A stretch of DNA of 64,000 bases. Origin: Trichosphaerium sp. ATCC 40318. Lineage: Eukaryota; Protista; Tubulinea. The position numbers were made by a program, and so were the translations under genes. The stretch lies in assembly GCA_038496445.1 (NCBI GenBank), contig JALMLS010000122.1:62001-126000 (forward strand). The letters are read 5' to 3'. Under the pieces are notes generated by a model that searched no databases, was not told the origin of the DNA, and worked only from the letters and a program-made list of their open reading frames with translations. Positions within the stretch are counted from its first letter, which is position 1. Each line of letters opens with the position of its first letter. This document shows, piece by piece, positions 24,939 through 38,167 of this stretch.

Positions 24939-25581
24939 ATGCAAGCTTTGTATATTCTCGCGCTAGTTATTTTATGCAATTGTCTCGCTGTAGAGAGTGT
25001 ATTTCCAAAACTATACTGTCAAACAAACGACTGTGTTCGTATTGGCGTTGTAGGGTACTCCGGAAAGCGATTTAACGAAACAAAAGCGATTTCGTATCTA
25101 GAGCAAGGATTTACAAGAGTAACAGTGCGTCAAGTAACTCCATCATACTACTAATGCGTCACTCGAAGAATACTATGCCTTCAAAAGAGTACATCATTGT
25201 CAGTGGGTACACAAATATAGGAGTACCAAAGTTAGCGTACCAAATTGCTCTTGAAAAGGCTTGGTCTACAGTAGGTGTTGCTTGTCCAAAAGCAACGAAG
25301 TATGACACATTCCCTTGTAATACTACTGTTATTACAGGACATGATTGGGGAGATGAGAGTCTGGTACGAACCTCCGTTGTGGACAGAGTGTTGTCCTATT
25401 TTTATGACAGGATTTTTTTTTCTACTTTTGTTGATTGTCTTTGTAGATGTTCTTGTCAACTATAGATATACTCGTTCGTGTAGGTGGCGGTTCTCAAACA
25501 GTTAAAGAAACATCTATTGCTGAAGCTAACGGTATACCCACTATACAATATGATCTTGGTACCTTACCACCAATGTTCTAA
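24939..25581 (+). CDS. Secreted SLOG/LOG-like Rossmann-fold protein (3 exons)
   Basis: Signal peptide, then RIGVVGYS, IVSGYTNIGVPKLAYQIA, TVGVA, WGDESLMFLSTIDILVRVGGGSQTVKE...AEANGIP, which follows the SLOG-superfamily motif order. Confidence 0.7.
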
Positions 25582-25894
25582 TTTAGCAACTTGCACATTT
25601 TACAAAGGCAAGCAGCTACACGCTGTTTTAGGCCTTAGAACGTCTGAAATAAACTATGAATGAAATTATGCGTTGTGTATAAATATTGGTAGCGTGATGT
25701 TGGTGGGTTAGAGTGGAGTAAAAGCTTACGGCTTAAAGAGCTATAGTTCCCAAAAACGCAAGTATTGCGTCTCATCCTAATGTTTGTCCTGAGCCAAGAT
25801 GAGATAACTCTGACAAGTGAAATGGAAATATGATATTTTAATGACTGTATAGGATGCGCTAGCTCACTTTACATTACAATTTATCATGCCACGT

Positions 25895-26650
25895 TCAAGG
25901 CTTTCTGTAGATCATATGGCCAGGACGATGTTCACAGTACAGCACTTCAATATTATCGGCAACATACTTGCAGTGACCTTTTAATTTACCACTTTCAAAC
26001 CAACTTTTGTATTCTCCGTGCCTCTTACCATTAGAGAAATAAAGTTGATATTTCAATTGACCACTATTATACCACCCTTTGTATTCACCTTCTTTTTTAC
26101 CATTCACACAAAAGTAATGCTCTTGTAGATAACCAGTTATTCTCCAAGTCTTGCATTCACCTTCTCGTTTGCCATCAACGTAATACCAAGCCTCCTCTAA
26201 CTGTCCGTTGCTATACCACCCTTTGTACTCGCCATGTATCACTCCCTTAGAGTACACATGATGCTCGCATATTTGACCATTCTTATACCAGTACTTGTAA
26301 TCTCCGTCGTACATGCCGTCTACAAAATTACACTGACTGCTTATTTGCCCGTCTTCATAATATTGTTTGTGTTCTCCATGGTTTACACCATTTCTCCAAT
26401 TACTTTGACGAAGAACTATGTTATTCGCCAAAGCAGTCTGTTTCCACAAACCGTGTTTGTTCATCTTGTCGTCAAACCTTGAAGTCGTCGCTGTGTATTT
26501 GGACAGAAGAGGCCATAATCTATACACTTCTACATCCAGATCAGCGATATCTAGATGTAATTCAACAGGAAGGTCAAAAAGGTGGCGACAATCTAGTTTT
26601 GCAATTGCTTTCGGTTCTAAGGGTAATTTACGTCTCACGTTGCTTGCCAT
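25895..26650 (-). CDS. Intronless F-box-like plus MORN-variant (MORN_2) repeat protein, giant-virus-like
   Basis: LFDLPVELHLDI (F-box-like start), then about six 24-aa G.YK.WY.NGQL....Y..GK.. repeats. First ATG at 26650. Confidence 0.85.
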   Translation of the reverse strand: MASNVRRKLPLEPKAIAKLDCRHLFDLPVELHLDIADLDVEVYRLWPLLSKYTATTSRFDDKMNKHGLWKQTALANNIVLRQSNWRNGVNHGEHKQYYEDGQISSQCNFVDGMYDGDYKYWYKNGQICEHHVYSKGVIHGEYKGWYSNGQLEEAWYYVDGKREGECKTWRITGYLQEHYFCVNGKKEGEYKGWYNSGQLKYQLYFSNGKRHGEYKSWFESGKLKGHCKYVADNIEVLYCEHRPGHMIYRKP

Positions 26651-27619
26651 TTGGTACTTTTGAAAAAAGAATTCAATCAAGCCAATTATTTGACCAGTTG
26701 ATTGATCTTGATAGTTTTCAGTGAAAATCAGACCACTGGTTAAGATTTAAGGCGTTTTCTGTACATCAGCAAGCCTCATTTTCACTAGCTTGAGTTATTA
26801 TAAAATAGGAGCCATACCACTTAAAAACCAATGTGTGAATTAAAATCACTTGGAATCGAACAACGACTGAAAGAAAAAAACTCGAAGTTAAATTTTACTT
26901 TCATTAAAACTTGACGGTACTTCTTCCTTTTGTCTGAGTCAGTACTAATTCGACATTTGATATATTACACTTGTCATTCATATTGGAAGAACGCTACTTG
27001 AGAGCAACAAAAGATGCTTTACGGACTAAGAAAAAATTCGAAACAATAAAAAAAGCCCAAACGTTTTTTAGTAACTATAACAACCACAACCACATTGCCA
27101 ATAACGCTTCTAATAACTTCAGAATTGCTACCTAGTATTGGAACAACCATCTGACGTTATGACAAGATTTAGCTTGTTTCCAACAACTTAAACAAACATG
27201 AATACTAATAAACAAACTACAATCATGTGTACCTGAAGAAGACTTGCTCCTCTGCAATTATCTTTTTTGAACTTTAGGCAATTTTCTTACTTGTTAGACG
27301 TTGGTTTGGGTGAAAGAACCAAAATTATCTTCCTATTTAGGTAAGTATAGTGCGTAATACACGTGCTCAAATCATTTATTTTCTTCCAAACATACTTGTA
27401 GGTGTCCTACAACTTCAAAGGTAAAGCGAGAATGTGCTACAACTGCTCCAAATAGCATTTTTGTGCACAATTGCCAGTACGTTTTTATAAAGAAAAATCA
27501 GTGAACTTACTTTTGTTAGGGCCTAGCTTTACGTATACATACTGATGCAAGGGGTGTTACAAAAAGGGTTCAAATAGCTACATATTTAGTTAGTACTTAA
27601 TGCTACAAAATCAGTATCT

Positions 27620-27900
27620 TTTCAATACTTTGACTCCTTACTCTGCTACTTCAGTATTAAATACGCGAATTGTATGAACCTCAAAAGAGCTTTAACACCT
27701 TCATCAGTTACTGAAGTATAACAGAGGTGAATAATATGAACACCAGCAAGTGCTTTAATACCTTCATCTGTTATATTCTTACACTATTGAGGCGTACGTC
27801 GAAGGCTTTAATACCTTTGTCAGTAACTGAAGAGTTATAAATGTAAATAGTTTGTACTCAGGAGAGGCAATGAAATGGCATGTTTGACAAGCTATATCGA
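27620..27900 (-). pseudogene. F-box/LRR family relic
   Basis: Minus strand reads IACQTCHFIAS / VQTIYIYNSSVTDKGIKAF / CKNITDEGIKALAGVHIIHLCYTSVTDEGVKAL / VHTIRVFNTEVAE*GVKVLK, with frameshifts and a stop. Confidence 0.85.
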
Positions 27901-28483
27901 GCATCTCAAGCCGTCCAGAATCTACCAAACACACGGGTCTAGTAGGCTTGAGCGCCATATTTTAAAGCATATCTGAGCTTTTGGGGTTAACACAAAAGGC
28001 TAGTTCTTCGTTCAAAGACACCAGGGCACTGTTTGTAAACCCAAAAAAATCCTTTTTATTATGTGACAAGATTCATACAAGTTTTTTTTTTTTTGTTTGG
28101 GTTTTTTTTCTTTTCAAGTACGAGTCGTTTTCTTCGACTAGTTTTGCATCAAACACAAGAAAAAAATAAGATTGATGCAACATTCATTGTTGTTGTAAAA
28201 CTAGAATATATTAGAATCGAATACATAGTGAGGAGAGAACATCAAAAGTAAAAAAAAAATCCAAAAAAAGAGAAAAAAAAGGCAGTTCGTTCCAATTTGT
28301 TGGATTTTTGGCTCCCAGCAAGGCTTTGTTTTGAAGTTTTGTACTTAGGTAGCTGTATTAAACTCCAACACAAAAAGAACAAACAATACTCCAACAATAT
28401 TTTATGACTGAGGCTAAATATGAAAAGGAAAAAAAATCTGAACGTACTTTTTTGTTTTTTATTTTTTTTGTTTTCCTTCTCTT

Positions 28484-31400
28484 TTATTGCAATGGGACAA
28501 AGTATCTACCATTAGGTGAACGCACTGGCTGTGGTTTCTTATAAGGATCACGTTGTGGAGATCCTATACCACCAGCTCTAGGTGGAGCTAAAATCAAAAG
28601 TCAGTCTCAGCAGCGATACAATAAAAACAAGCTTGCTACTTGTCTGGATTTCAAACAATGACTTAAAACTCCATCTAGGTTTATGACAAAACAGTCATAT
28701 AACCATTAACACCAACGATCATATCAGAGTAAATGATCAAAGGTGGTGGAGCAAGGGAACAAACGGTGTGGTGATGATAGAAATGTTATTTTGTTGAATG
28801 CAAAAAAAAAAAGTACTTACGGCTCCTGTGCCTCCTAGCGGCAGTTCTATTTTGAACCTTATTCCTCCTTGCTTTCATACAATTATTTTCAACTAGTGAC
28901 ATACCACAAAGCATCAAAAGGAAAATTCCTCCAACTACACAAGGAGAAAAGTTAGTATCCATGGATAGGTATTGAAAAGTTCAAGAAAAAATCTTTGCTC
29001 ATCAAACAAAACTATCACGTGGTTTTTTGATAAAATAATATGTTTATAATATAATAAACATAAGCGTGGATTTAATAATAACTTAGTTTCGAAGATACAG
29101 GTAGAAGAAACGAGAGTTCTTGCAACAAAAAAAGATAAAAAAACAAGAAAGAGTACTTACCAATAGTAAAAGATATCGCAAAGTATCCACTGCTTTCTTT
29201 CTCTGGAGGTGCCGAATAAGATACATGACCACTTGGGTTACCCGGGAATCTAGGTGTTGGCTTGCTACCATCAACCCTGTAGTGAACATGAACAGTATCC
29301 TAAAAAAAAGTCAGTTTGTTACAACCTTCTGTTGGAAAAAAAGAAGAAATTGCTCATTACCGCTAGGTTATTATCAGGATCTATGAGTTGTATAGGAACA
29401 CTCTCAAAGTTGGTTTCATCAGGATTAAGTACTGTTACAACAAGTATATAACGTGACGCATTAAGAGGATCAGAAGCTTTTCCAAATTCTGGATTTTCTT
29501 TCAATCGAGCATGAATCCTAGCGTCCTTCGCCATAACATAAACTGATGGTCCTCCATATACATTTATACTATAAGTACGTGCAAGAGGAGACATTTTGAT
29601 CTTAAAAATTGAGTAAGAATTACACGTTAAGCGTGACTTGTCAACAACAACAAAAAGAACGAAAAAAAGGAGAAAAACGAAAAAAAGTCACATTGACGAG
29701 AGTACAAAGAGTACGTACACTTCGGAGAGAAGGCATGAGACTTTGCACAGTATTTGGAACATCAATAGTTGTAGTATTTGAAATTTTTAATTCTCCTTTA
29801 CCACCATTGTCTGTAACTTCAACTTTAAGTTCGAAAGTTGTATCATAAACATTAGCAATCTGAAAAAAAAGAGTTAGCCACGAGACTCAGCACAAAAAAA
29901 AAAGTATCAGCAGTAAGCACTACTACACGCCAGATTATTTTAAAACACTAAATTGGTCAGCTGTGGTACCTGGTTCTCAAATTCTAATCTACAAAAGTAA
30001 TGTGCACGTAATCCAGAACTTAAATCTGTATACTCTTTGATAGATATTTCAAGTTTTGATTTATCACCAAGCTTACAATCAAACTTGATATTATTCTTTA
30101 TATTGTTTGAATCAAAAATCTCATCTCCAGTAGCTGTCTCGAACTTTATAGGTACAAGCAAAGCATGTGGGTCTACTTCACCTCCCTGTACTATAGTCTG
30201 GGCTTCTCTATCTATAAGTATACGTGCGACTTTATCAACAATAACCACAGCAAAAGTGTAAACGCTGGAATTATGGAAAATATGTGTTCTGCCAACTCCC
30301 TTTGCAGTAGCTGCGCCAGTGTTTGGGTTAACCCTAAATACACATATAAGAATTGATTAAAAAATTACAACCAGACAGACAAGTCTTGTCCAAGCCAGTA
30401 TAAAACGAAGAAAATAAAGTACAAAAACAAGAAAAGCCAAACACAAAAAATTTTCTGAACTGATAGGTTTCTCAGAACGCTTGTAAAACATTATGTTGAA
30501 AAGGCGTTTTCTTCAGAATCAAGCATAACACCAAAGTTAATTTTGTAAATATCATAGCGTGAGGCATGTTTCAATTCAAGAAAAAACGTGAAAGAAAAAA
30601 AATACTTACTCGAGCAAGTCTGGATCTGAGCTCGACCATGGTCCTTTGAATACACTCTTATCATATTTGAATGTAGTCTTTGGTGTTATTTTACCATTGA
30701 CATGAACAACAGCAAATGAAGGACTCAAGGAATTTGATACATGAAGCTTTACGTAAGTAGAGTAAGAACGTGAAGCATGACCTCTTGTATGTTGTGTATT
30801 ATCAAACTCCTCAGTAGATCCATGAGGCCATACCATAGCCTTTAATGTAATATTTCCAGCACGAATACCCTTAACAACAAGGTTGACACAGTCATGGCGG
30901 GAACCTTAATCAACATTAGAACACGGAAGCCGAGAAAGAGTTTGATGAAAATTTTCTGGGAAAATGTTTGTGCTTCGGGCTGACCCTTTCAGGTCTCAAC
31001 AAGGAATCACTAGACGTACCGTTACTATAGTCAAGACGCCAAGAAATCAGTTCAGGCGAATCAGTTGATACCTCAAGAGCAACATTGTCGAGAGTTGTGA
31101 ATTCTCTACCAAGATCATCACGTACTCTAACTCTAAAATGTTGTTCTGCACCAACAGGTAGCTTTCAAAAAAAATTAGCATTTAAAATAGTGTAATAAAC
31201 TAAACACATCAAACAGAAGACAAGAAAAAAAGAAAAGTGAGCAACAACAAAACACGTGATGATAAGTAATTAACAAAAAACTCCGATGCTTAAAGTGTTT
31301 TGCATTAGTAAACGTACGAAAGAAAATACAGGTGGTAGAGGGTCCAAGTGAACACTACCGACCATAGCAGCATTTACGGTAACAATAAAGTCTTGAGAAG

Positions 31401-34400
31401 GTGTCACAGTGTTTTCAACACGAACATATCCTTTAGGGGTATAAAGTAAGAAATCCAAAAGAAAACACTTTTTTTTTTTTTGCTTGTACCTCTTCCAGAA
31501 CGTATTGCCGTGATTTCTCCTATTGAGTCAACTCTGATGACATCAGATGCTTTACCATTATAACCACCAAGCTCCATGTAACGATCATTGAACTAAACGA
31601 AAGTCATAAAACTGACAGGAAGGGAAAAACAGCTTCTGCCTAAAAAAGCAACTGACTTTAAATAAACGTTGTACATACACTTCCTTCGCTAGTAGTACGA
31701 AGCTTGTATTTAGCTCCAGGTACCATAACAATCATACTATTACAAGCACAATCATCTGTTTTAAGAGCAAACTCCTGAAGAGTAGTAAAAGAAGATGTAG
31801 CTTCAAGTTGTGTTGTTCCAGCAAAAGCTTTTCCTGTAGGGTCGAATACAGAGACCTGAATAGTAGCTCTACCAGCTTCCGCACCTAGTATTCATGTATA
31901 AGCATACCACTTAAAGATATCGTAATATAATAGTACCTTTGACGACAATAGCAGGAGCATACTGTGGAGACAAAGTAACATTAGCTTGGTTAAATATGGA
32001 CATCAAACCAAGAATGTTAGGATGAGATATACTCCATTGGAACTCAAGTGGTATACCAGCCCATGCGAGTGGTGTTTCACCATCCTCTCCCTTTATAAAA
32101 AGAATTAATTATTGTGACTCTACTCCACGCTATAGCTAAGAAACAACGTACTTCAACGTGAATGGTTTGACTTCTTCTTGATAAAATTGTATTTGTCCAA
32201 GTACGTATCATTAAGCCTTCCAGTTTCTTTACAGTGATCTTAACAGCGGCTTTGCCTATCTCAAGAGCTTGTCCAGTAATAGGTTCATATGTAGTCATTG
32301 TGACGTATGCTGTTGTATGACCGACCTTTGTAGCAGATACTACACCATTAACCTTATTGATACTTGCAATATCTTCATGGTCAACATCCCACTCAACCTA
32401 AATACGCATAAGAATATTCATCCAGAACTTTAGTAATGAACTGAAGGAAATCTCATGAACGAAACAACAGCACTTCGGAAAACCAGAAAAAAGGCGTACA
32501 TCACGTGTTGGTGGACCACCCTTGTAGGTGAGTTGAAACTTAGCTCCTGGAAGTAGCACAAGGCTTCTTTGCACAACTTCCAATGGTTCAAAAACATGAA
32601 TCTAAGCAAGAGTAAGAATGAAGCAAAAAAAAAAAAATGCAAAAAGATTTCTAGCGAAGAATGGTTTCGATCCATTGACCTTTGGGTTATGGGCCCAACA
32701 CGCTCCCTGCTGCGCCACTTCGCTTTTTACGTTGTAATAAGAAGGAAATAAAATGTAGTCTTTCAAAATTATTCTAAAGACTACGATTGACTAGTTTTTG
32801 AGCTTAGACTGTATTCATTTCGTACTGGTTTTGGGTCAGATGCCACAGTATTACCATTATGGGTAATAAGGGTTGCTGAAATACGGACTGTACCAACAGA
32901 GACACCTCTAACGTAGAATTGGCTTTTCTCAGTCTTATCACGCCTAATGGATGCACCATTGCTATCAAGGGTGATGTCCACGCGAACGTATTTGTATTGA
33001 TCCTATAAACGAAGTTACAAATCGATTACAATTTAAAAAAAACGTCATGTTTCTCGTTCATCTGTAAAAGGACGTTAAGCTATCGTACCACTCTGAATAC
33101 TGATCCTTCGCTATCCAGAATTTGTACTTTCAACGGTATTTCATTACCGAGCTGTACAATGGTAGTAGATGTGAGAATTAAATCTGAAAAAAATAACGTT
33201 AACTTTGCTGTCTAACAATGCACCAGTACCAGATACATGGGAAACCAAAATACGAGTTTCTGAAATATCAGTACCACCCAAGCACATATCACGAACAGAA
33301 ACCTATAAAGAAGATCAGAACTTACTCTTCAAGTTCAACAAAGAAAACAAGAAAAAACAGTTTACCTTAACAACTCCAGGTGCTTGTGGTATGAGTGTAA
33401 CTCTACCATTTCGCTCAGGAGTAACCTTAGCAATCTCTGTAGAATTTACAGAGAAGCTAAATTCTCCACTACCACCTGCCAACCTCAATAAAGCTTGATT
33501 CTTTGGGTGCAAAATGAGAGAAAGAGCAGGTGGCATAAGTTTGACAATTGGATGCAAATAAATACGATAAACGTTTTGTATAGGAACAGAAAATCGTTTG
33601 GCCACTGTTGGAATAACACGCATTGCATCTTCAGTATAACCAGAAGCAGTAATAGTCAAATCAACAGTTCCTAGAGCAGAGTTTTAGAAAAAAAAAATAC
33701 GAGAATGGAATACATACCTTCAAAGTCCGCAAAGTCAACATAACGTGCAGGCTGTCCAATCTCTTCAGGCGGACCTTCAAGGAAATTTGCGACAGTCTAA
33801 AATCCATTAAGATCAGGGCAATATAAACAAGCTGCTTTGTACATTGTTAGATGCTGTCCAAGTTAAATCTAGTGAAGTAAAGTTTGTAAAACGATGACCT
33901 TCCTCATCATATGCTGTAACGTTAAATACAAGTAAACCATCATTTCTAAGATCGTATTGTTCAGGAAGACCTCCTTTAGACTCTTCCAAGTGATTCAAAA
34001 TAGCTATAAGAGCACATAAGCTCAAAGATCCTTCAAAAAAAAATAAAAATCGATTGCTTACTTTCAGCACATGTAGGAGGAATATTAGCCAACGCTGTTT
34101 CTAGAAGAGTAGCTTCAAGATGGTGGAGTGTTGGGTATAATAATAGGTTCTTTGGAGTATGGCAAGAGATATAAAAGCTTAACTCAGCATCAGCTGGGAA
34201 CCTATTATCATCACTCTCACTATTGGAATAAACCAATTTCGCCAACTAAAAAAAATTAGTAAGATCTCAAAGTTTAAAGTGTCAACGATTAAACAGCACG
34301 AGTTGTTAGTTTTGTTGAAAAGTGAGCGTGCTAGTACTTACTTGGTCTGTTTCTTCCAAACAGGTAATAAGGTATGTCCTCAAATTACCTCTCACAACAC

Positions 34401-37400
34401 GTTTTTGTGCAAGAATTGAGTTACCATCTTGAACTTCAAGTTTATGCTTAAACAAAGAAGGATCACGCCTCCACGGAGTAGGTCCACCAACAACTGTAAC
34501 TAACGCGCTACTTCCCAAAGTGAGTAAGTATAGAGGTAGTTCCTTTCTATATTTGCCATGTTCAGGTACCTAATACAACTTAGAAAAGAAGACAAAGAAC
34601 AAAGAGATTTTAATGCTTCGTTTTAAGTGCCCAAAAGAAACTTACGTATCGCTGAAGAACTCTCTCTAATGGTGGGTCAATTAGCCTCATTTGTTGATAT
34701 GCAGCAATTATAACGTTTTTAACAGGCAATGTGCTATAACGAAGTAATACTTCAGTAGCACCATCTTTCAATCCAGCGAATTGTTGAGAAGCACAAATAT
34801 TGCCTTCATAATCTTGTAGAACGTAATCCTATAACTCAAATCAGAACAAATAATCATGTAGTAGTATTATACTCTACGTTCTATGGGTTCTCAGGACAGA
34901 AACCCGCTCAATAAACGTAAAATGTCAAAAAGAAAAAAAAAATACCTTTGGTACAGGCTCCATTCTGAAAAGCTCAGAGTGTTGTAAATCCCATCCAAGA
35001 CGCAAGTTACCACAGCTGTCAAAGACATTACCCTTCTTATCATAAATGATAACGTGTAATACTAAATTTTCTCCAATGAGAACTTCACGCGCTCCAGAAA
35101 GAAAGTCCATTCCTGTAGGAGAACTAACCAAAATCTAAAGAAAAAATTAAGATGAAAGAAAAAACAAAGCCCAAGACAAGCACATACCTCAACAATAGCT
35201 ACGTTTTGAGGCGCAAGTTGATCTTCTACAAATACTACGGTGGTTCCTCTAGCATGACCAGTAACAGTACCAACATTATCAACCTGTAAAAGCAACAATA
35301 TAAGTAACCTTACTTTGGTTTTTTTTTTGTTGAAAACAAAAGTTTTTCAAAAACCGTACCTGAGCGATTGTAGTATCATTTGAGGTCCATTCATAAAGAG
35401 TAGATCCACCGCTGACTTGGATATCATAGCTATGTCGAACACCAGAATCAAAAGGTAATGAGATTGTACGATTCGGTTTAACAACAAGTGGAGTTGTAAT
35501 TTGTACTGTATGAGCATATAAACTTAATCCCTCAACGATTGACCTCGAAAGTGGATATTGCTTATTTCTGCGCGTGTTCTAAACGAAAAAGTAAATAAGC
35601 CATTAATCACTTTCTTAGACATTATAAAAACAATGGGAATGTATATTTCAAAAATAGCGCGACCAAGAAGAACTTATGGTCAGTGAAAAGTGGTCACCAA
35701 AAAAAAAAATAATTGAAAGCTGTTTGAAAACTCTCAACTACGGAGTGTTTTCTCGGTTTAGATTGTTTTGTAAGTAATTTCAACTCGTATGTGAGGGACG
35801 TACACGCATCTCTATAAAATTAACATCAATCTCAGGGAATCCAGCCTTGAGTGCAGTGACTGTAATAGTATCTTGATTTGCATTTGTATCCAAAAATGTA
35901 AAATACTCTTCAGGCAAGTTCCAATGGAAATGCAAGTCCTATTTTAAAAAAATAACGTTAATAAACCGTTAGTTGTAAAATAAAATTCAAGGTGTTCGTT
36001 GAACCCAATGAAACGTAGAAGAAACTTCTTTATGATTTTTGGTTTTTTTGATTTTTTTTCCTTTGTACGGTACCTTAGTGTGGTATAATCTGTTGTCCTC
36101 TTTATCAAACGCATTGATTTTAATAGTATAGTCTCTTCCAGAAATCATTAGCTTAACAGAACCCTTTTCCCATGTGTCATCATCCTTCAAAATAAAGTTA
36201 AAAAAAAATACAAACGTTTATAATTTTCACAAATCACTCACTGCTGGATAGAAGTCCAAAGTGATATACTCTGGGATAACTACAACAATCTCAGCGTGTA
36301 CAGTGCTTTCTTCCAAATCAATATCTGCATAACTAAGCAAAAAAAACATGTTAGAATCCAAAACAAATGTATAATGGCATTCGAAAAAACACTCACGTAA
36401 CACAAACACTGAACTTTCCAAGCTCTTGACCAATAACTGAAACCATACCAGCATGTGTAACTTTACCATATCCAGGAGCGGTTACTTCACCGTCATTGAT
36501 ACGTGTGAACCAAGTGTATCTTACAGTAGGCAAAGGAATAGCTAAAAGACAAGTAAGCACGATTGAGCAAAATTTTTTATTGGTTTGTTTTTCGCTGAAA
36601 CAAAAAGGGAGAAAGCTGATAACCTCGTGTTAAAAAACAAACGTACGTTTGATTTTACCAGCCTCCAATAGATCAAGTTCGTATTGAATATCAGAAACAG
36701 GACATACATATATCATGTATGAAGGTTTAAGTTGAATAGGCTCAATTACGGATAACTTAGTTATAGCGACAGCAATCATATTATAACGGTCGGAAACAAG
36801 TGATGCAGATACTGTTACACGTCCAGGTGTAATACCACGAACGAGAATAGAATCAGCTTTCTTTCCCTAAGGCACAAAGTCAAAAAAAAAAAAATCATTT
36901 TGTTGGAAAAAATTTTCTCATTTAAAACTTTTATGACATACACTGCTTTCCATGCGCAAAACGACATTTGTAGTATCAACACCAGAGTCTCTCCATGGCA
37001 CAAATTGTAAAACAGGTGTACCTTGCGCGAATATAAGTAAGACAAAACCAAAAAACTGCAAAAAAAAGTTGTTCGTTTATCCAATAAAAAAAAAAAAAGA
37101 GTTTGGCGTACCTGGTGTTGAAACAAGTACATCTTCAATATTCCATTTAAATTCAAGCCCTGATACGCTTGAAAACCTATTATCTACAAAGAAGGACACA
37201 ATGAGTCATCACAAACAACAAGAAACGAAAAAAAAAAACCAATCAAAACAGCCAAATAACTTGTTTATAATTCATTAATGGGTTCCGTAATTACCTTCAG
37301 TACCCTTAAAGACTTTTTTTTTGATGTCAAAGGAAGAAAAACCAAAAAATTTGGTTCAAAAAGCGTTTGAAGCGGGATTTCTGTTTTTTAAAGTTCAAAT

Positions 37401-38048
37401 TAATCGTATTTGGCGCGTTTGAAATACATACCAAGGTTATCGAATGCTAGTATATCAAGTGTTTCGACAGCATCTCTGTAAATAGTTTTTGTTGTGGTGA
37501 GTATCTGGATCTTTTCTATATGGTCCAAGTATACTTCCATTTGCATTGTGCGGCCGTTTTGACCGCGAGCTTCGCCGATTAACCATGAAGAGTCGCGAGT
37601 AAGCTCTTCGTGGATACTGGCCGCTCTGGCGCTGCAAGAAACTATGATTGTGCGGCCGCAGGTGTCTCTTTCGTCAACTTTAATTAATTCTGGTTTGGTG
37701 GCATGCCTTGGTCAAATTTAGCTCCATATAATACAGCTGCGCAACGTTTGCGCGTTTGTGACGTAATACTGATAATCAAGAAAAGTTTTCTATACGGCAA
37801 GGATACGCTCTGTACGCCATTTGGGTGCCGTAGAGGGAATTTTAACGAAACAGAAAGAAAAATACTTGCTCGTTCATTGCTTGTTCATTTACGTACCAAT
37901 CAAAGCAGCCATTGTCTGCAGCTAGTGTATGTTGTACGGCAGAGTTGTATGGTAGCAACAGCATAGACTCAGAAACTGTGATATCATCCTGAAAGCAGAG
38001 AACCACGCCTACCAAAAGGCACAATACTATGGTATGCGAAGTGATCAT
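28484..38048 (-). CDS. NUP210: Nuclear pore membrane glycoprotein gp210 (many exons)
   Basis: Signal peptide, then LLLPY...LAADNGCFDW, serial Ig-like modules (VSGGSTLYEWTSND, VVGGPTPW, LAGGSGEFSF, YKGGPP), a single C-terminal TM and a short basic tail. Confidence 0.9.
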
Positions 38049-38167
38049 TCTGACATGCCACAGTAGTTCGCGCCAAGATAATCGTTCTGACTCAAAATTG
38101 ACCTAACTTAACGCGCAAAAAATGCCCTGTGTGAACCGCTTACATATGCAGTTCAGCGATAATACAC

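Noticed and set aside
26900-27600. Possible minus-strand TM gene remnant
   Set aside because: Splice-like sites are present, but no consistent frame or family could be built.
25895-27900. Integrated giant-virus or Polinton segment
   Set aside because: No capsid, polymerase, packaging ATPase, integrase or terminal repeats; only isolated repeat genes.
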